In this document: in pieces, positions 20,714-35,122 of the stretch | Layout of the letters: every line of letters starts with the position of its first letter | How positions within the stretch are numbered: position 1 is the first letter of the stretch | Source: Gammaproteobacteria bacterium | GTDB taxonomy: Bacteria > Pseudomonadota > Gammaproteobacteria > JAJFJF01 | DNA length: 64,000 nt | Assembly: GCA_021774255.1 (NCBI GenBank) | Contig: JAJFJF010000009.1 | Location: forward strand, 1,658 to 65,657 | Direction: 5' to 3' | Notes under the pieces: generated by a model | Databases searched by the model: none | What the model was told of the DNA's origin: nothing | The model's input: the letters and a program-made list of their open reading frames with translations, nothing else | Program-made: the position numbers and the translations under genes

Positions 20714-23700
20714 ATGGCATATTCTAATACTGAAAAGCGACGTATTCGTAATCAATTTGGTGAGCATACAGATGCATTGGCTGCTCCCTATCTGCTGAGC
20801 ATTCAAGTTGATTCTTATAAAAAGTTTTTAGAGCCAGGGGAAGGGGACGAAACAGCCGGTTATAGTTTAGATGCTGCTTTCAAATCAATATTTCCAATCA
20901 TCAGTTATTCGGGTGCTGCCAGTTTAGACTATGTTGGCTACACCTTGGGTACGCCACCGTTTGATGTCAAAGAGTGTCAAATACGCGGCTTGACCTACGC
21001 GGCCCCATTACGCGTTAAATTGCGTTTGGCTATCTATGATAAAGATGCGCCAGCAGGCAGTAAAGCGGTAAAAGATATCCGCGAACAAGAAGTGTACATG
21101 GGAGAAATCCCCTTAATGACAGAAACAGGCGCCTTTGTCATTAATGGCACGGAACGTGTGGTGGTTTCACAATTACACCGTTCACCTGGCGTGTTTTTCG
21201 AGCACGATAAAGGTAAAACACATTCATCGGGTAAATTATTATTTTCTGCTCGTGTGATCCCTTACCGCGGCTCATGGCTGGATTTCGAATTTGATCCTAA
21301 AGACTGCGTGTTTGTGCGTATTGACAGACGTCGCAAATTGCCTGCGACCGTATTACTGCGCGCATTAGAATTCACGACCGAAGAAATTTTAGATACCTTT
21401 TTTGACTTTAGTACTTTCCACTTCACTAAAAAAGGCATTTTTTTAGACTTGGTGCCCGAGCGTTTGCGCGGTGAGCTAGCGGCCTTTGACGTAAAAGGTA
21501 AGCGCGGCGCCGTGATTGTGCCGGAAGGGCGACGCATCACCGCAAAGCATGTGCTTGACTTAGAAAAAGCGGAAATGACGCAGATAGAAGTACCCTCGAC
21601 CTATCTACTAGGGCGCACACTGGCAACAAGTATCATTGATCAAGAAACCGGTGAAGAGCTCGCTAAAGCAAACACAGAAATCACGGAAGAGCTCTTAGAG
21701 CAATTAATGAGCTCAAGTGTGACAGAACTCAATACACTGTACACAAATGATTTAGATCGTGGTCCGTACATCTCAGATACATTACGGATCGACCCCACCA
21801 CCAATCCACTGGAAGCCTTAGTGGAAATTTACCGTGTGATGCGTCCGGGTGAACCCCCTACACGTGAGTCAGCGGAAACATTATTCAAAAACTTATTTTT
21901 TGTGCCAGAACGTTATGACTTGTCAGCCGTTGGTCGCATGAAATTTAATCGACGTGTGGGGCGAGAAGAAACAACAGGTGAAGGTACGCTCGCTAAAGAC
22001 GATATTATCGATGCCTTAAAAACATTGATGAATATTCGTGATGGGCGCGGTAACGTTGATGATATTGACCATTTAGGTAATCGCCGTGTGCGTAGCGTGG
22101 GTGAAATGGCCGAAAATCAATTCCGCATTGGTTTGGTGCGTGTTGAACGTGCGGTGAAAGAGCGATTAAGTTTGGCCGAATCAGAAGGTTTGATGCCACA
22201 AGATTTAATTAACGCCAAACCCATTTCTGCGGCGATCAAAGAGTTTTTTGGTTCTAGCCAATTATCGCAATTTATGGACCAAGTGAATCCGCTCTCGGAA
22301 GTAACGCATAAACGTCGTGTGTCAGCATTAGGGCCGGGCGGTTTGACGCGTGAGCGTGCTGGTTTTGAAGTACGTGACGTGCATCCTACTCACTACGGTC
22401 GTGTTTGCCCGATTGAAACACCAGAGGGACCGAATATTGGTTTGATTAACTCGTTGGCTGTGTTTTCGCGCACCAATAATTATGGTTTCTTGGAAAGCCC
22501 TTATGAAAAGGTAGAAAACGGGAAGTTAACTGGGCAAGTGAATTACCTCTCTGCCATTGAAGAGGGTGACTACATTATTGCGCAGGCCAATGCGAAAGTG
22601 GATAAATCAAATTGCTTGGCCGATGACCTGATTTCAAGTCGTTACCAGAATGAATTCACTTTCTCGACACCTGAACAAGTGCAATATATTGATGTCTCGC
22701 CAAAGCAGATTGTATCCGTTGCGGCTGCGTTGATTCCGTTTTTAGAGCATGACGATGCTAACCGTGCGTTGATGGGTTCCAACATGCAACGTCAAGCGGT
22801 GCCTGCACTGCGTGCGGAAAAGCCATTGGTGGGTACCGGTATTGAACGCAAGGTGGCAATTGACTCCGGGGTGACCAAAGTAGCGGGTCACGGGGGCGTG
22901 GTGGATTCCGTCGACGCGTCACGTATTGTGGTGCGTGTGAATGATGATGAAGTGGGCGAAGACGGTAAAGGCGTTGAGATCCATAACCTCGTCAAATATT
23001 CTCGTTCTAATCAAAACACCTGCATTAACCAACGGCCCTTAGTACTGCCTGGCACGGAAGTGATGAAGGGCGATGTGCTGGCTGATGGCCCGTCAACCGA
23101 TTTGGGTGAGTTGGCACTGGGGCAAAATATCTTAGTCGCTTTTATGCCGTGGCATGGTTATAACTTTGAAGATTCTATTTTGATCTCTGAACGAATTGTA
23201 CAAGAAGATCGCTTCACCTCCATCCACATTGAAGAATTCACCTGTGTGGCGCGCGAAACAAAACTGGGGTCTGAGGAAGTCACTGCCGATATTCCTAATG
23301 TGAGCGAAACGTCATTATCAAAGTTAGACGAAGCCGGTGTGGTGTATATTGGTGCGGAAGTGTCCGGCGGCGATATTTTAGTAGGGAAAGTCACGCCAAA
23401 AGGGGAAACCCAGCTCACACCAGAAGAGAAATTATTACGCGCTATTTTTGGTGAGAAAGCGTCTGATGTCAAAGACACATCATTGCGTGTGCCTTCTAGT
23501 ATGACCGCCACGGTAATTGATGTCAGAGTCTTTACGCGTGAAGGTGTAGAGAAGGATAGCCGCGCGAAAGAAATCGAAGAAAATGAATTAACTAAAATTA
23601 AGAACGATCTAAACGATGAATTGCGTATTCATGAAGATCGTTTGTTCCAGCGTGTTGAGAAAAGTCTATTAAACAGTGCGGCTGAAGGTGGCCCGAAAGG

Positions 23701-24796
23701 CATCAAAGCAGGCAGCAAAATCACGCAAGCCCAACTGGATGCCTTGGATCGGGAAAAATGGTTTTCAATTCGTTTAAAGAATGACAAAACTAACCAAGAG
23801 CTGGAAAAATTCTCAGAGCAGTTAAAGCAAGAGCGCAAGGAATTTGAACTCAAGTTTGTTGAGAAAAGTAAAAAAATAACACAAGGCGACGAATTAGCGC
23901 CAGGCATTTTAAAGATCGTGAAAGTGTCGCTTGCTATTAAACGTTACGTCCAACCAGGCGATAAGATGGCGGGGCGTCACGGAAATAAAGGTGTTATTTC
24001 GAACATTATTCCTATCGAAGACATGCCTTATATGGAAGATGGCACGCCGGTTGATTTAGTGCTGAATCCTTTAGGGGTGCCTTCACGTATGAACGTGGGG
24101 CAAATTTTAGAGACACACTTAGGGTGGGCTGCAAAAGGCTTAGGCTTGAAAATTGGCAAGATGCTAGAAGCCAAAGCGGAAGTGGCGAAAATCCGAGAGT
24201 TCTTAAACAAAATTTATAATTTTGGTGCGAAAGAAAAGGTTGATGTGACTGCATTGACGGATGAAGAAATCATGACCTTGGCGAAAAACCTTGAAAAAGG
24301 TGTGCCAATGGCAACCCCTGTGTTTGATGGTGCCACTGAAGCAGAAATTAAAGGCATGCTGGCCTTAGCTGATTTACCTGAAAGTGGTCAGGCCCAATTG
24401 ATTGATGGCCGATCAGGTGAAAAATTTGAACGACTTGTCACCGTGGGTTACATGTACATGCTGAAACTGAACCACTTGGTCGATGAGAAAATGCATGCGC
24501 GTTCTACGGGCTCTTACAGTTTAGTGACCCAGCAACCGCTGGGGGGTAAAGCACAGTTTGGTGGCCAGCGCTTCGGTGAGATGGAGGTGTGGGCACTGGA
24601 GGCTTACGGTGCGGCTTATACCTTACAAGAAATGCTGACAGTGAAATCCGATGACGTGGCAGGACGCACGAAGATGTATAAGAGTATTGTGGATGGTTCA
24701 CTGCAGATGGATGCCGGTATGCCCGAGTCGTTTAATGTACTCGTCAAAGAAATTCGGGCGTTGGGTATTGATATTGAATTACAAACAAACTCGTAA
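20714..24796 (+). CDS. rpoB: DNA-directed RNA polymerase subunit beta
   Basis: 1360 aa. Unmistakable RpoB blocks (e.g. [13 protein letters not shown]). Confidence 0.98.
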   Translation: MAYSNTEKRRIRNQFGEHTDALAAPYLLSIQVDSYKKFLEPGEGDETAGYSLDAAFKSIFPIISYSGAASLDYVGYTLGTPPFDVKECQIRGLTYAAPLRVKLRLAIYDKDAPAGSKAVKDIREQEVYMGEIPLMTETGAFVINGTERVVVSQLHRSPGVFFEHDKGKTHSSGKLLFSARVIPYRGSWLDFEFDPKDCVFVRIDRRRKLPATVLLRALEFTTEEILDTFFDFSTFHFTKKGIFLDLVPERLRGELAAFDVKGKRGAVIVPEGRRITAKHVLDLEKAEMTQIEVPSTYLLGRTLATSIIDQETGEELAKANTEITEELLEQLMSSSVTELNTLYTNDLDRGPYISDTLRIDPTTNPLEALVEIYRVMRPGEPPTRESAETLFKNLFFVPERYDLSAVGRMKFNRRVGREETTGEGTLAKDDIIDALKTLMNIRDGRGNVDDIDHLGNRRVRSVGEMAENQFRIGLVRVERAVKERLSLAESEGLMPQDLINAKPISAAIKEFFGSSQLSQFMDQVNPLSEVTHKRRVSALGPGGLTRERAGFEVRDVHPTHYGRVCPIETPEGPNIGLINSLAVFSRTNNYGFLESPYEKVENGKLTGQVNYLSAIEEGDYIIAQANAKVDKSNCLADDLISSRYQNEFTFSTPEQVQYIDVSPKQIVSVAAALIPFLEHDDANRALMGSNMQRQAVPALRAEKPLVGTGIERKVAIDSGVTKVAGHGGVVDSVDASRIVVRVNDDEVGEDGKGVEIHNLVKYSRSNQNTCINQRPLVLPGTEVMKGDVLADGPSTDLGELALGQNILVAFMPWHGYNFEDSILISERIVQEDRFTSIHIEEFTCVARETKLGSEEVTADIPNVSETSLSKLDEAGVVYIGAEVSGGDILVGKVTPKGETQLTPEEKLLRAIFGEKASDVKDTSLRVPSSMTATVIDVRVFTREGVEKDSRAKEIEENELTKIKNDLNDELRIHEDRLFQRVEKSLLNSAAEGGPKGIKAGSKITQAQLDALDREKWFSIRLKNDKTNQELEKFSEQLKQERKEFELKFVEKSKKITQGDELAPGILKIVKVSLAIKRYVQPGDKMAGRHGNKGVISNIIPIEDMPYMEDGTPVDLVLNPLGVPSRMNVGQILETHLGWAAKGLGLKIGKMLEAKAEVAKIREFLNKIYNFGAKEKVDVTALTDEEIMTLAKNLEKGVPMATPVFDGATEAEIKGMLALADLPESGQAQLIDGRSGEKFERLVTVGYMYMLKLNHLVDEKMHARSTGSYSLVTQQPLGGKAQFGGQRFGEMEVWALEAYGAAYTLQEMLTVKSDDVAGRTKMYKSIVDGSLQMDAGMPESFNVLVKEIRALGIDIELQTNS

Positions 24797-24847
24797 AAAC
24801 GCTGAAATAATAATCACCGTGATGAATTTGCAGATGAGGAAATAGCC

Positions 24848-27800
24848 TTGAAAGACTTATTAAACCTATTGAAGCAACAAGGGCTGAGTGAGCAGTTTGA
24901 TTCTATTCGGATCTCGCTGGCGTCACCCGAAATGATTCGGTCTTGGTCTTATGGCGAAGTGAAAAAGCCAGAAACGATCAATTACCGTACATTTAAGCCT
25001 GAACGCGACGGTTTATTCTGTGCCAAAATTTTTGGTCCCATTAGAGACTATGAGTGCTTATGCGGTAAATATAAGCGTTTGAAGCATCGCGGCGTTATTT
25101 GTGAAAAATGCGGTGTTGAGGTGACCTTATCAAAAGTGCGTCGTGAACGGATGGCCCACATTGAGCTGGCCAGCCCAGTGGCCCATATTTGGTATTTGAA
25201 ATCACTGCCTTCGCGTATTGGTTTGTTGCTAGACATGACCTTGCGTGACATTGAGCGTGTATTGTATTTCGAAGCATTTGTTGTCGTTGACCCTGGCATG
25301 ACAGAGCTAGAGAAAGGCCAGTTACTCTCGGATGATAGTTATTTAGAAGCGATCGAAAAATACGGTGATGAATTTGATGCGCGCATGGGTGCCGAAGCGG
25401 TACAGAAATTATTGCTTCAAATTGATTTAGAAGGTGAGGCACAAGCACTGCGTGACGAGCTGCCAACCACGACCTCAGAAACAAAACTGAAGAAAATTGG
25501 TAAACGTTTAAAACTACTCGAAGCGTTCATTGACTCTAAAAACCGTCCGGAATGGATGGTGATGAGCGTATTGCCTATTTTACCACCCGACTTAAGACCC
25601 CTTGTACCGCTAGACGGTGGCCGTTTCGCGACGTCTGATTTAAACGATCTTTATCGTCGTGTGATTAATCGCAATAACCGTTTACGTCGTCTGCTGGATC
25701 TGAATGCACCTGACATTATCGTACGTAATGAAAAACGTATGTTGCAAGAAGCCGTAGATGCTTTACTCGATAATGGTCGACGCGGGCGTGTGATCACCGG
25801 TGCGAACAAACGACCACTCAAATCATTAGCCGATATGATCAAAGGGAAGCAAGGGCGCTTCCGCCAAAACTTATTGGGTAAACGGGTAGATTATTCTGGC
25901 CGTTCGGTCATCGTGGTAGGGCCAACGTTGCGCTTACACCAGTGTGGTTTACCAAAAAAAATGGCGCTTGAGCTATTTAAACCCTTTATTTTCAGCCGCC
26001 TGGAACGACAAGGTTTTGCGAGCACCATTAAAGCGGCCAAGCGTATGGTGGAACGCGCGGTACCTGAAGTCTGGGATGTATTAGAAGAAGTGATCCGTGA
26101 ACACCCTATTCTTTTAAACCGTGCACCGACCTTGCACCGTTTAGGTATTCAAGCATTTGAGCCTATGCTCATTGAAGGTAAAGCCATACAGCTGCATCCG
26201 CTTGTGTGTACAGCCTACAACGCCGACTTTGACGGTGACCAAATGGCCGTGCACGTGCCACTCACACTGGAGTCACAGTTAGAAGCGCGCACCTTAATGA
26301 TGTCGACCAATAATGTATTGTCACCCGCCAACGGTGAACCCATTATTGTACCGTCACAAGACGTGGTATTGGGCTTGTACTACCTCACCAGCGATAAAGT
26401 GGCTGCAAAAGGCGAAGGCATGGCCTTTGCGGATATTGATGAAGTGCACCGTGCATTTGAAACAGGCCAAGTGGGGATGCATGCTAAAATACAGTTGCGT
26501 ATTACAGAAGACGCAACCGAAGCAGGTGGCCAGCCTACCACGCGTCGTGTTGAGACCACGGTCGGTCGTGCACTGCTTTATGCTATTTTACCGAAGGCAC
26601 TGCCTTTTGAATTGATCAATCAGCCGATGACGAAAAAGGTTATCTCTAATTTGATCAACACTTGCTACCGTACTGCTGGCGTCAAAGAGACAGTGATTTT
26701 TGCTGACCAAGTGATGTATATGGGATTTGATTATGCAACACGTTCAGGTATGTCGATCGGTATCAATGATTTATTGATCCCCGCTGATAAAGAAAGCATT
26801 GTGAACAGTGCTGAAGAAGAAGTAAAAGAAATCGAACGCCAGTTTTCGTCAGGTTTATTGACCAATGGTGAGCGTTACAACAAAGTGATCGATATTTGGT
26901 CGCGTACGAATGACCAAGTCGCTAAGTCGATGATGGACAAGCTCTCAACAGAAGATGTTGAAAACGCAGAAGGTGAGACGGTCCAGCAATCATCGTTTAA
27001 CGCTGTTTATATGATGTCTGATTCAGGTGCGCGGGGTTCGCCAGCGCAGATCCGTCAGCTTGCCGGTATGCGGGGTCTGATGGCTAAACCCGATGGCTCT
27101 ATTATTGAAACGCCGATTACCGCTAACTTCCGTGAAGGCTTAAACGTATTGCAATACTTTATTTCAACTCACGGTGCACGTAAAGGTTTGGCGGATACCG
27201 CACTCAAGACAGCGAACTCGGGTTACCTGACGCGTCGTCTTGTCGACATCGCACAAGATTTAGTGGTGTTAGAAAACGATTGTGGTACGGCAGAAGGGTT
27301 AACGATCATCCCACTTATTGAAGGCGGAGATGTGGTTGAGCCACTGAGAGAACGCGCACTCGGGCGCGTCATTATCGATGACGTTGTTGTCGCTAATAAA
27401 GTAGAAGTGTCTGCCGGTACCTTGATTGACGAAAAAGTCATGGCACACCTTGAAGATTTAAGTGTGGATCAACTTAAGGTACGTTCCGCAATTACCTGTG
27501 AAGCGCGTCGTGGTGTGTGTGCGTCTTGTTATGGCCGTGATTTAGCACGTGGTCATCTGGTGAATATTGGTGAAGCCGTGGGGGTGATTGCTGCACAATC
27601 TATTGGTGAACCCGGTACACAGTTAACCATGCGTACCTTCCATATTGGGGGGGCCGCGTCTCGTGCTACCGCGACGAATAGTATTCAGGTGAAAAGTAGC
27701 GGTCATATTAAATTGCATAACCTGAAAACGGCAAAGCATGCGAATGGTCATTTGGTCGCTGTCTCACGTTCAGGTGAATTAACAGTGGTCGATGCGCAAG

Positions 27801-29056
27801 GTCGTGATCGTGAACGTTATAAATTGCCTTACGGTGCAACCTTAACCTTAGAAGATGGTGATGCAGTTGAAGCAGGGCAGATTATTGCAAACTGGGATCC
27901 ACATACCCACCCTGTGATCAGTGAGGTGGCAGGTCGATTGAAGTTTATTGATCTCGTCGAAAATGTGACGATGAATCGTCAAACCGATGAAATCACCGGT
28001 TTAAGCAGTGTGGTGGTCATCGATCATAAGCAACAGCGAGGCCAGTCTGGTAAAGATCTGCGGCCCATGGTGAAATTAGTCGATACCGATGGCAACGAGC
28101 TATTCTTAGGCGACACAACCTTGCCGGCCCAATACTTCTTGCCAGCCGGTGCGATTGTCAACGTGGAAGACGGTAGCGAAATTGGTGTGGCAGACATCAT
28201 TGCGCGTATTCCGCAAGAAAGCTCTAAAACCCGCGATATTACAGGTGGTTTACCGCGTGTGTCGGATCTGTTTGAAGCAAGAAAACCAAAAGATACGGCT
28301 ATCTTAGCTGAGATTTCGGGTCTGGTGAGCTTCGGTAAAGAAACAAAAGGGAAACGCCGCTTAGTCATCACGCCACCTACCGGTGAAGTGTATGAAGAGT
28401 TGATCCATAAATGGCGTCACCTCACCGTGTTTGAAGGTGAAACGGTTGAGAAGGGTGAAATCATTGCTGAGGGACCAATGAACCCGCACGATATTTTACG
28501 CTTACTCGGTGTCAGCGCCTTAGCGAATTATATTGTCAGTGAAGTGCAAGACGTTTACCGCTTACAAGGTGTGCGGATCAACGATAAACATATTGAAGTG
28601 ATCGTTCGCCAGATGTTGCGCAAAGTTGTGATCACGGAGACCGGCGATTCTTCCTTCTTGCAGGGTGAGCAGGTAGAAAAAACCACCTTGCTAGAAGAAA
28701 ATGAAAAGCTGGAGGCGGCTGATAAGCGTCCAGCAGAATACGAGCAAGTGTTACTGGGTTTGATTAAAGCATCGCTTGCGACAGAATCGTTCTTCTCGGC
28801 AGCGTCTTTCCAAGAGACAACACGTGTGCTCACGGAAGCGTCAGTGAATGGCAAAGTCGACCCACTGCGTGGCTTGAAAGAAAATATTATCGTCGGGCGT
28901 TTGATCCCAGCAGGCACTGGGCTCATGTTCCATGAAGAACGACGCAAAGCAGGCGAGATACAAAGTAGCGCAGAGGCTGCTAGCGTCACGGCAAGTGACG
29001 TAGAAAGTGCGCTTAGCGAGGCGCTCAAATCATCGTCTTCCGAGGCGGATGCGTAA
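24848..29056 (+). CDS. rpoC: DNA-directed RNA polymerase subunit beta'
   Basis: 1402 aa, TTG start, with the [12 protein letters not shown] catalytic motif. Confidence 0.98.
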   Translation: MKDLLNLLKQQGLSEQFDSIRISLASPEMIRSWSYGEVKKPETINYRTFKPERDGLFCAKIFGPIRDYECLCGKYKRLKHRGVICEKCGVEVTLSKVRRERMAHIELASPVAHIWYLKSLPSRIGLLLDMTLRDIERVLYFEAFVVVDPGMTELEKGQLLSDDSYLEAIEKYGDEFDARMGAEAVQKLLLQIDLEGEAQALRDELPTTTSETKLKKIGKRLKLLEAFIDSKNRPEWMVMSVLPILPPDLRPLVPLDGGRFATSDLNDLYRRVINRNNRLRRLLDLNAPDIIVRNEKRMLQEAVDALLDNGRRGRVITGANKRPLKSLADMIKGKQGRFRQNLLGKRVDYSGRSVIVVGPTLRLHQCGLPKKMALELFKPFIFSRLERQGFASTIKAAKRMVERAVPEVWDVLEEVIREHPILLNRAPTLHRLGIQAFEPMLIEGKAIQLHPLVCTAYNADFDGDQMAVHVPLTLESQLEARTLMMSTNNVLSPANGEPIIVPSQDVVLGLYYLTSDKVAAKGEGMAFADIDEVHRAFETGQVGMHAKIQLRITEDATEAGGQPTTRRVETTVGRALLYAILPKALPFELINQPMTKKVISNLINTCYRTAGVKETVIFADQVMYMGFDYATRSGMSIGINDLLIPADKESIVNSAEEEVKEIERQFSSGLLTNGERYNKVIDIWSRTNDQVAKSMMDKLSTEDVENAEGETVQQSSFNAVYMMSDSGARGSPAQIRQLAGMRGLMAKPDGSIIETPITANFREGLNVLQYFISTHGARKGLADTALKTANSGYLTRRLVDIAQDLVVLENDCGTAEGLTIIPLIEGGDVVEPLRERALGRVIIDDVVVANKVEVSAGTLIDEKVMAHLEDLSVDQLKVRSAITCEARRGVCASCYGRDLARGHLVNIGEAVGVIAAQSIGEPGTQLTMRTFHIGGAASRATATNSIQVKSSGHIKLHNLKTAKHANGHLVAVSRSGELTVVDAQGRDRERYKLPYGATLTLEDGDAVEAGQIIANWDPHTHPVISEVAGRLKFIDLVENVTMNRQTDEITGLSSVVVIDHKQQRGQSGKDLRPMVKLVDTDGNELFLGDTTLPAQYFLPAGAIVNVEDGSEIGVADIIARIPQESSKTRDITGGLPRVSDLFEARKPKDTAILAEISGLVSFGKETKGKRRLVITPPTGEVYEELIHKWRHLTVFEGETVEKGEIIAEGPMNPHDILRLLGVSALANYIVSEVQDVYRLQGVRINDKHIEVIVRQMLRKVVITETGDSSFLQGEQVEKTTLLEENEKLEAADKRPAEYEQVLLGLIKASLATESFFSAASFQETTRVLTEASVNGKVDPLRGLKENIIVGRLIPAGTGLMFHEERRKAGEIQSSAEAASVTASDVESALSEALKSSSSEADA

Positions 29057-29215
29057 CGAGTTTGCTTATTGCTTTTTCTGGTCTTCTTGCTTGACAGAAG
29101 ACCAGTACAGCTTTAGTATCGCTCTCTTCGCCAAGGGAGCGAAGTGGGTCTTTTTGACTTCAATTTTCGTGCAAAAAATGGCTCAATCTGAGGGCTATAG
29201 AGGTTTTTACAAATA

Positions 29216-29590
29216 ATGGCGACCACCAATCAGTTAGTTCGAAAAGGGCGCACACGCAAGATTATTAAAACGAATGTGCCGGCGCTGGAAAGCTGCCCGC
29301 AGCGTCGAGGCGTCTGTACGCGTGTTTACACCACGACCCCTAAAAAGCCTAACTCGGCTTTGCGTAAGGTGGCGCGTGTCCGCTTGACCAATAGCATTGA
29401 AGTAACAGCCTATATCGGTGGTGAGGGGCATAATTTGCAAGAGCACTCTGTTGTACTGATTCGGGGTGGTCGTGTAAAAGATTTACCGGGTGTACGGTAC
29501 CATATCGTACGGGGTAGCTTAGATACCTCCGGTGTGGCAGATCGTCGCCGTGGCCGTTCTAAATACGGCACAAAGCGTCCAAAATCATAG
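29216..29590 (+). CDS. rpsL: 30S ribosomal protein S12
   Basis: Translation is recognisably S12 ([30 protein letters not shown]). Confidence 0.98.
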   Translation: MATTNQLVRKGRTRKIIKTNVPALESCPQRRGVCTRVYTTTPKKPNSALRKVARVRLTNSIEVTAYIGGEGHNLQEHSVVLIRGGRVKDLPGVRYHIVRGSLDTSGVADRRRGRSKYGTKRPKS

Positions 29591-29602
29591 GGTAGTAAGG
29601 GT

Positions 29603-30070
29603 ATGCCAAGAAGAAGAGTTGCCGCGAAAAGAACCATTTTACCTGATCCAAAATACGGGAGTCAGGCGGTTGCGAAATTTATCAACCATGTGATGACAGG
29701 GGGTAAAAAATCCCTAGCAGAAAGAGTGGTTTATGGTGCACTGGCCAATATTGGCGAGAAGCACGCTGAACCAGTAGACATATTTAATCAAGCGATGGGT
29801 AATGTACGCCCAGCGGTTGAAGTGAAATCACGCCGGGTGGGTGGCGCAACCTACCAGGTACCGACGGAGGTCAAGCAAAGCAGACAAACTGCCTTGGCCA
29901 TGCGTTGGATAGTCGATGCCGCGCGTAGTCGGCATGAAAAAAGCATGGATCTACGTTTAGCCGGTGAGCTAAGCGATGCGGCTGAGAAAAAAGGCAATGC
30001 GGTGAAAAAGCGTGAAGACACGCATCGCATGGCAGAAGCCAATAAAGCGTTTTCACATTACCGCTGGTAA
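29603..30070 (+). CDS. rpsG: 30S ribosomal protein S7
   Basis: Translation is recognisably S7. Follows rpsL. Confidence 0.97.
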   Translation: MPRRRVAAKRTILPDPKYGSQAVAKFINHVMTGGKKSLAERVVYGALANIGEKHAEPVDIFNQAMGNVRPAVEVKSRRVGGATYQVPTEVKQSRQTALAMRWIVDAARSRHEKSMDLRLAGELSDAAEKKGNAVKKREDTHRMAEANKAFSHYRW

Positions 30071-30112
30071 TGCGAAAATAATATAAGTTTATGTAATTTA
30101 AAGAGTATTTAA

Positions 30113-32206
30113 GTGGCACGACATACGCCTATCGAACATTACCGTAATATTGGCATCATGGCACACATTGATGCGGGTAAGACGACGACAACCGAACGCG
30201 TGCTGTTTTACACCGGTGTTTCGCACAAGATTGGCGAGGTGCATGAAGGCGCTGCTGTGATGGACTGGATGGAGCAAGAGCAAGAGCGTGGTATTACCAT
30301 TACCTCTGCTGCGACCACCTGTTTTTGGAGCGGCATGGATAAGCAATATCCTGAGCACCGCGTTAATATTATTGATACCCCCGGCCACGTTGACTTTACG
30401 ATTGAAGTAGAGCGCTCTCTTCGCGTGCTCGATGGCGCGTGTGCTGTTTTTTGTGGTGTGTCGGGTGTAGAGCCACAGTCAGAAACGGTGTGGCGTCAGG
30501 CTGATCGTTACGGCGTACCGCGTTTGGCATTTGTCAATAAAATGGACCGTGCCGGCGCAGACTTTTTGCGTGTGGTCGGCACCATTAAAGAGCGCTTACG
30601 AGCCAACCCTGTCCCTGTTCAATTAGCCATTGGCGCAGAAGAAGATTTTGCGGGTGTGGTTGACCTCATTCGCATGAAAGCCATCTACTGGGATGAAGAC
30701 AACAGAGGCGCCACTTACGAAGCCAAAGACATTCCTGCTGATTTACAAGCCGATGCGCAAAAGTGGCGCGAGCATATGCTGGAAGCGGCGGCAGAAGCCT
30801 CCGAAGACCTCATGGAAAAATACCTTGAGTCTGGCGAGCTCAGCGACGAAGAAATCAAAAAAGGTTTGCGTGCGCGTACGATTAACAATGAAATTGTGCC
30901 TACTTTTTGTGGCTCGGCCTTTAAAAATAAAGGTGTGCAAGCGGTATTAGACGGTGTGGTAGATTATTTGCCTTCGCCCGTTGAAGTGCCTGCGATTAAA
31001 GGTGTTGACGAAAGAGAAGAAACGGTTGAACGGCCTTCTTCAGATGCGGCGCCTTTTGCTGCATTAGCCTTTAAAATTGCAACCGACCCTTATGTCGGTA
31101 CATTGACCTTCTTCCGTGTTTATTCAGGTATATTAAAGTCAGGCGATACGGTCTTTAATCCTGTAAAAGGTAAACGTGAACGTGTGGGCCGTATTCTACA
31201 AATGCACGCGAACTCGCGTGAAGAGATCAAAGAAGTGTGTGCGGGTGATATTGCTGCGGCGGTGGGTTTAAAAGATGTCACCACCGGTGATACCTTGTGT
31301 AGCCTTGATGATAAGGTCACACTGGAACGCATGGAGTTCCCAGAGCCTGTTATTTCTGTGGCGGTGGAACCCAAAACCAAAGCGGACCAAGAAAAAATGG
31401 GTATTGCGCTCAATAAATTGGCGCAAGAAGATCCTTCTTTCCGGGTGCGCACTGACGAAGAGTCCGGCCAAACTCTCATTGCCGGCATGGGTGAATTACA
31501 CCTTGAAATTATCGTTGACCGTATGCAGCGTGAATTTGGTGTAGACGCCGCTGTCGGTAAACCGCAAGTAAGCTACCGCGAAACGATTACCACGCCTGTT
31601 GAAGAAGAAGGTAAGTTTGTGCGTCAAAGTGGTGGTCGTGGTCAATACGGTCATGTGTGGTTAAAACTTGAGCCACGCGAGCCCGGCGAAGGCTATGAAT
31701 TTGTAAACGCCATTGTGGGTGGTGTGGTGCCGCGTGAATACATCGGTGCGGTGGATAAAGGTATTCAAGAACAAATGGAAAACGGTGTGATTGCCGGGTT
31801 CCCAGTGGTCGATGTGAAAGTCACGTTGTTTGATGGTTCGTATCATGACGTCGACTCCAATGAAATGGCGTTTAAAATTGCCGCGTCGATGGGTTTCAAA
31901 AGCGGGGCGATTAAAGCCAACGCGGTTTTGCTTGAGCCCATTATGAAAGTAGAAGTTGTGACCCCTGAAGATTACATGGGTGACGTGATGGGCGATTTGA
32001 ATCGTCGACGTGGTGTATTACAGGGTATGGATGAAATGCCGGCCGGCAAAATAATTCATGCGGAAGTGCCATTGTCTGAAATGTTTGGTTATGCAACCGA
32101 TTTGCGTTCTGCAACGCAAGGCCGCGCAACCTACACCATGGAGTTTAAAAAGTATAAAGAAGCTCCTAGCAGTGTAGCTGAAACAGTGATTAGTAAGGGT
32201 AAATAG
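30113..32206 (+). CDS. fusA: Elongation factor G
   Basis: 697 aa, GTG start, with [17 protein letters not shown] and NKMD motifs. Confidence 0.98.
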   Translation: MARHTPIEHYRNIGIMAHIDAGKTTTTERVLFYTGVSHKIGEVHEGAAVMDWMEQEQERGITITSAATTCFWSGMDKQYPEHRVNIIDTPGHVDFTIEVERSLRVLDGACAVFCGVSGVEPQSETVWRQADRYGVPRLAFVNKMDRAGADFLRVVGTIKERLRANPVPVQLAIGAEEDFAGVVDLIRMKAIYWDEDNRGATYEAKDIPADLQADAQKWREHMLEAAAEASEDLMEKYLESGELSDEEIKKGLRARTINNEIVPTFCGSAFKNKGVQAVLDGVVDYLPSPVEVPAIKGVDEREETVERPSSDAAPFAALAFKIATDPYVGTLTFFRVYSGILKSGDTVFNPVKGKRERVGRILQMHANSREEIKEVCAGDIAAAVGLKDVTTGDTLCSLDDKVTLERMEFPEPVISVAVEPKTKADQEKMGIALNKLAQEDPSFRVRTDEESGQTLIAGMGELHLEIIVDRMQREFGVDAAVGKPQVSYRETITTPVEEEGKFVRQSGGRGQYGHVWLKLEPREPGEGYEFVNAIVGGVVPREYIGAVDKGIQEQMENGVIAGFPVVDVKVTLFDGSYHDVDSNEMAFKIAASMGFKSGAIKANAVLLEPIMKVEVVTPEDYMGDVMGDLNRRRGVLQGMDEMPAGKIIHAEVPLSEMFGYATDLRSATQGRATYTMEFKKYKEAPSSVAETVISKGK

Positions 32207-32221
32207 AATAGGTAGCAAGTA

Positions 32222-32545
32222 ATGGCAGCGGTAAAAGCGAAGCAAAAAATCCGTATTCGACTCAAGTCTTTTGACCACCGTGCATTAGAGCGGTCAACAT
32301 TAGAAATTGTCGATACAGCCAAGAAAACGGGAGCCCGATTACAGGGGCCTATCCCGCTACCCACCCGTATCGAGCGTTTTGATTTATTACGCTCCCCTCA
32401 CGTGAATAAAAAAGCACGTGATCAAATTGAAATTCGTACGCACAAGCGTTTAATTGATATTGTTGACCACACCGAAAAAACGGTTGATGCTCTGATGAAA
32501 CTAGAGCTTGCGGCCGGTGTGGATGTACAAATTAGCTTAGGGTAG
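32222..32545 (+). CDS. rpsJ: 30S ribosomal protein S10
   Basis: Translation is recognisably S10. It lies only 15 nt after fusA, with no tufA and no long S10 leader. Confidence 0.97.
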   Translation: MAAVKAKQKIRIRLKSFDHRALERSTLEIVDTAKKTGARLQGPIPLPTRIERFDLLRSPHVNKKARDQIEIRTHKRLIDIVDHTEKTVDALMKLELAAGVDVQISLG

Positions 32546-32549
32546 CCCC

Positions 32550-33368
32550 ATGTCGTTTGGAATAGTTGGTCGAAAACTGGGTATGACACGCGTCTTCGCT
32601 GAAGACGGTCGTTCTATACCGGTCAGTGTGATTCAAGTAGAAAAAAATGTCATCACACAAATTAAGACGCCAGAAAATGATGGTTATTACAGCCTTCAGC
32701 TCACCACAGGTACTAAAAAGCGCTCTCGTGTTTCCAAGCCAAGCGCTGGGAAATATGCGAAAGCGGGTGTGGAAGCAGGCAGAGGTTTATGGGAATTCCG
32801 CACCACCGAAGATATTGCTGGCCAGACCAATGTGGGTGACACCTTGACGATTGATCTTTTCAAGGTAGGCCAAAAAGTAGATCTCACAGGCACCTCTAAA
32901 GGTAAAGGCTTTGCCGGTGGCATTAAGCGCCATAATTTTGCGGGCCAAGATAATTCACACGGTAACTCTGTTTCCCACCGTGCCCCCGGTTCTATTGGTC
33001 AGTGTCAAACGCCAGGCCGTGTCTTTAAAGGCAAGAAAATGGCAGGCCACTTAGGGGATGTGCGTTGCACCATACAAAATGCTGAAGTGATCCAAATTGA
33101 TAACGAGCGAAACCTGCTGTTAGTGAAAGGTGCGGCGCCGGGCGCAAAGCAAAGTGATGTGATTGTGCGTCCTGCTAGCAAATACCCGCTCCCTGAATTT
33201 ACGATGGCGTCTTCTACTGAAGCTGAGCAAGAAGCGGCCCCGTCTGAAGCGCAAGCACCGGTTGATGCAACGGCGGCACCGGCAGAAGAAGCTAAACAGT
33301 CTGCGCCTGAAGCTGAAGCAGTGAAGAAAGCGCAAGAAGCGAAAGAGAATAAAGACGATGCAGCTTAA
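32550..33368 (+). CDS. rplC: 50S ribosomal protein L3 with ~60-aa Ala/Glu-rich C-terminal extension
   Basis: The canonical L3 core ends near ..DVIVRPASK (aa ~211). It is followed by an extra tail rich in A/E/P/K that overlaps the rplD start by 11 nt. Confidence 0.95.
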   Translation: MSFGIVGRKLGMTRVFAEDGRSIPVSVIQVEKNVITQIKTPENDGYYSLQLTTGTKKRSRVSKPSAGKYAKAGVEAGRGLWEFRTTEDIAGQTNVGDTLTIDLFKVGQKVDLTGTSKGKGFAGGIKRHNFAGQDNSHGNSVSHRAPGSIGQCQTPGRVFKGKKMAGHLGDVRCTIQNAEVIQIDNERNLLLVKGAAPGAKQSDVIVRPASKYPLPEFTMASSTEAEQEAAPSEAQAPVDATAAPAEEAKQSAPEAEAVKKAQEAKENKDDAA

Positions 33369-33978
33369 TGTATTAACGCCAGGTGGCACTCAAGCAACAC
33401 AAACAGTCGATGTGGCTGATGGTGCGTTTGCACGTGATTTTAATGAAGCATTGATTCATCAAGTGGTCACAGCACATTTAGCCGGTGCGCGCGCAGGCAC
33501 CCGTGCTCAAAAAAACCGTTCGGAAGTGCGCGGCGGTGGCATTAAACCTTGGCGCCAAAAAGGCACAGGTCGTGCACGTGCCGGTAGTATTCGTAGCCCT
33601 ATTTGGCGTAGTGGTGGTGTGACGTTTGCGGCTAAGCCACAAGACCATAGCCAGAAAGTAAATAAAAAAATGTACCGTGCGGCGGTCAGCTCCATTTTTT
33701 CTGAGCTCATACGTCAAGAGCGTTTGCAGGTGGTGGATGACTTTAAAGTCGAGACCCCAAAAACCAAAGCCTTGCTTGCGCAATTGGCCGACATGAATAT
33801 TTCAGACGTGTTGATTGTGACAGAAAAATTAGAGGGCGATTTAACATTAGCCACACGCAATGTGCACAAAGTCAAAACAATGGCGGTTGCTAACATTGAT
33901 CCGGTGAGTTTAATCGCACATAAAAATGTATTGATTACGGTGCCCGCACTGAAAGCATTGGAGGCGCGTTTAGCATGA
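33358..33978 (+). CDS. rplD: 50S ribosomal protein L4
   Basis: Translation is recognisably L4. S10 operon order. Confidence 0.96.
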   Translation: MQLNVLTPGGTQATQTVDVADGAFARDFNEALIHQVVTAHLAGARAGTRAQKNRSEVRGGGIKPWRQKGTGRARAGSIRSPIWRSGGVTFAAKPQDHSQKVNKKMYRAAVSSIFSELIRQERLQVVDDFKVETPKTKALLAQLADMNISDVLIVTEKLEGDLTLATRNVHKVKTMAVANIDPVSLIAHKNVLITVPALKALEARLA

Positions 33979-34274
33979 ACGAACAACGATTGCTCCAAGT
34001 ATTATTAGGCTCACATGATTCAGAGAAAGCCACACGTATTGCAGATAAACATCGTCAATATACTTTTAAAGTGGCGAAAAACGCGTGCAAACCTGAAATT
34101 AAACAAGCTGTCGAAAACTTATTTAAAGTAGAAGTCGATAACGTGACCACCAGCCATGTTAAATTAAAGCAACGTCGCACAGGCCGTATTCAAGGCGTGC
34201 GTTCTGGTTGGAAAAAAGCACAAGTGACCTTAAAAGCAGGTCATAGTATTAACTTTATTGAAGCTGAGGCCTAA
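33975..34274 (+). CDS. rplW: 50S ribosomal protein L23
   Basis: Translation is recognisably L23. ATGA overlap with rplD. Confidence 0.96.
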   Translation: MNEQRLLQVLLGSHDSEKATRIADKHRQYTFKVAKNACKPEIKQAVENLFKVEVDNVTTSHVKLKQRRTGRIQGVRSGWKKAQVTLKAGHSINFIEAEA

Positions 34275-34283
34275 GGGGACGTC

Positions 34284-35108
34284 ATGGCGTTAGTCAAAAC
34301 AAAACCCACATCCGCCGGTCGCCGCTTTGTTGTCAAAGTGGTCAATCCTGATTTACATAAAGGTGAACCGCATGCGCCTTTATTGGCACCGAAAAGTAAA
34401 AACGGTGGCCGAAATAATAACGGACGTATTACGGTGCGTCACCAAGGCGGTGGGCACAAACAACATTATCGTTTAATCGATTTTAAACGCCAGAAAGAAG
34501 GTGTGCCCGGTAAAGTGGAACGCTTGGAATACGATCCTAATCGCAGTGCCAATATTGCACTCGTGCTTTACCGTGATGGTGAGCGTCGTTACATCATTGC
34601 GCCAAAAGGCGTGAAGCAAGGCAGTGAAATAGCCGCAGGTGAAGGCGCGAGCATTAAGCCTGGTCATGCGATGGCACTTAAAGATATCCCGGTGGGTACC
34701 TTAGTGCACTGTATTGAATTGAAACCTGGCAGAGGCGCACAAATGGTGCGCAGTGCCGGTGGTTATGCTCAGATCACGGGGCGTGAAAGTAAATATGTTA
34801 TTTTACGTTTGCGTTCAGGTGAAATGCGTAAAGTGTTATCCGTTTGTCGCGCCACAGTGGGTGAGATTGGTAATGCAGAGCATAACTTACGTTCCTTAGG
34901 TAAAGCCGGTGCAAAACGCTGGCGCGGTGTGCGGCCTACTGTACGGGGTGTGGCGATGAATCCAGTGGATCATCCACACGGTGGTGGTGAAGGGCGTACC
35001 TCTGGGGGGCGTCATCCTGTTTCGCCATGGGGTGTTCCCACTAAAGGTTATAAGACGCGACGTAATAAGCGTTCTGATAAATTAATTATCCGTGCACGTA
35101 AACGGTAG
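34284..35108 (+). CDS. rplB: 50S ribosomal protein L2
   Basis: Translation is recognisably L2 ([17 protein letters not shown]). Confidence 0.98.
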   Translation: MALVKTKPTSAGRRFVVKVVNPDLHKGEPHAPLLAPKSKNGGRNNNGRITVRHQGGGHKQHYRLIDFKRQKEGVPGKVERLEYDPNRSANIALVLYRDGERRYIIAPKGVKQGSEIAAGEGASIKPGHAMALKDIPVGTLVHCIELKPGRGAQMVRSAGGYAQITGRESKYVILRLRSGEMRKVLSVCRATVGEIGNAEHNLRSLGKAGAKRWRGVRPTVRGVAMNPVDHPHGGGEGRTSGGRHPVSPWGVPTKGYKTRRNKRSDKLIIRARKR

Positions 35109-35122
35109 ATGAGGGGGGTATT

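Noticed and set aside
32207-32221. A possible missing tufA or S10 leader between fusA and rpsJ
   Set aside because: Only 15 nt separate the genes, so nothing is hidden here. The single tuf copy in the window is at 16212-17402. This is an organisational variant, not an anomaly needing explanation.
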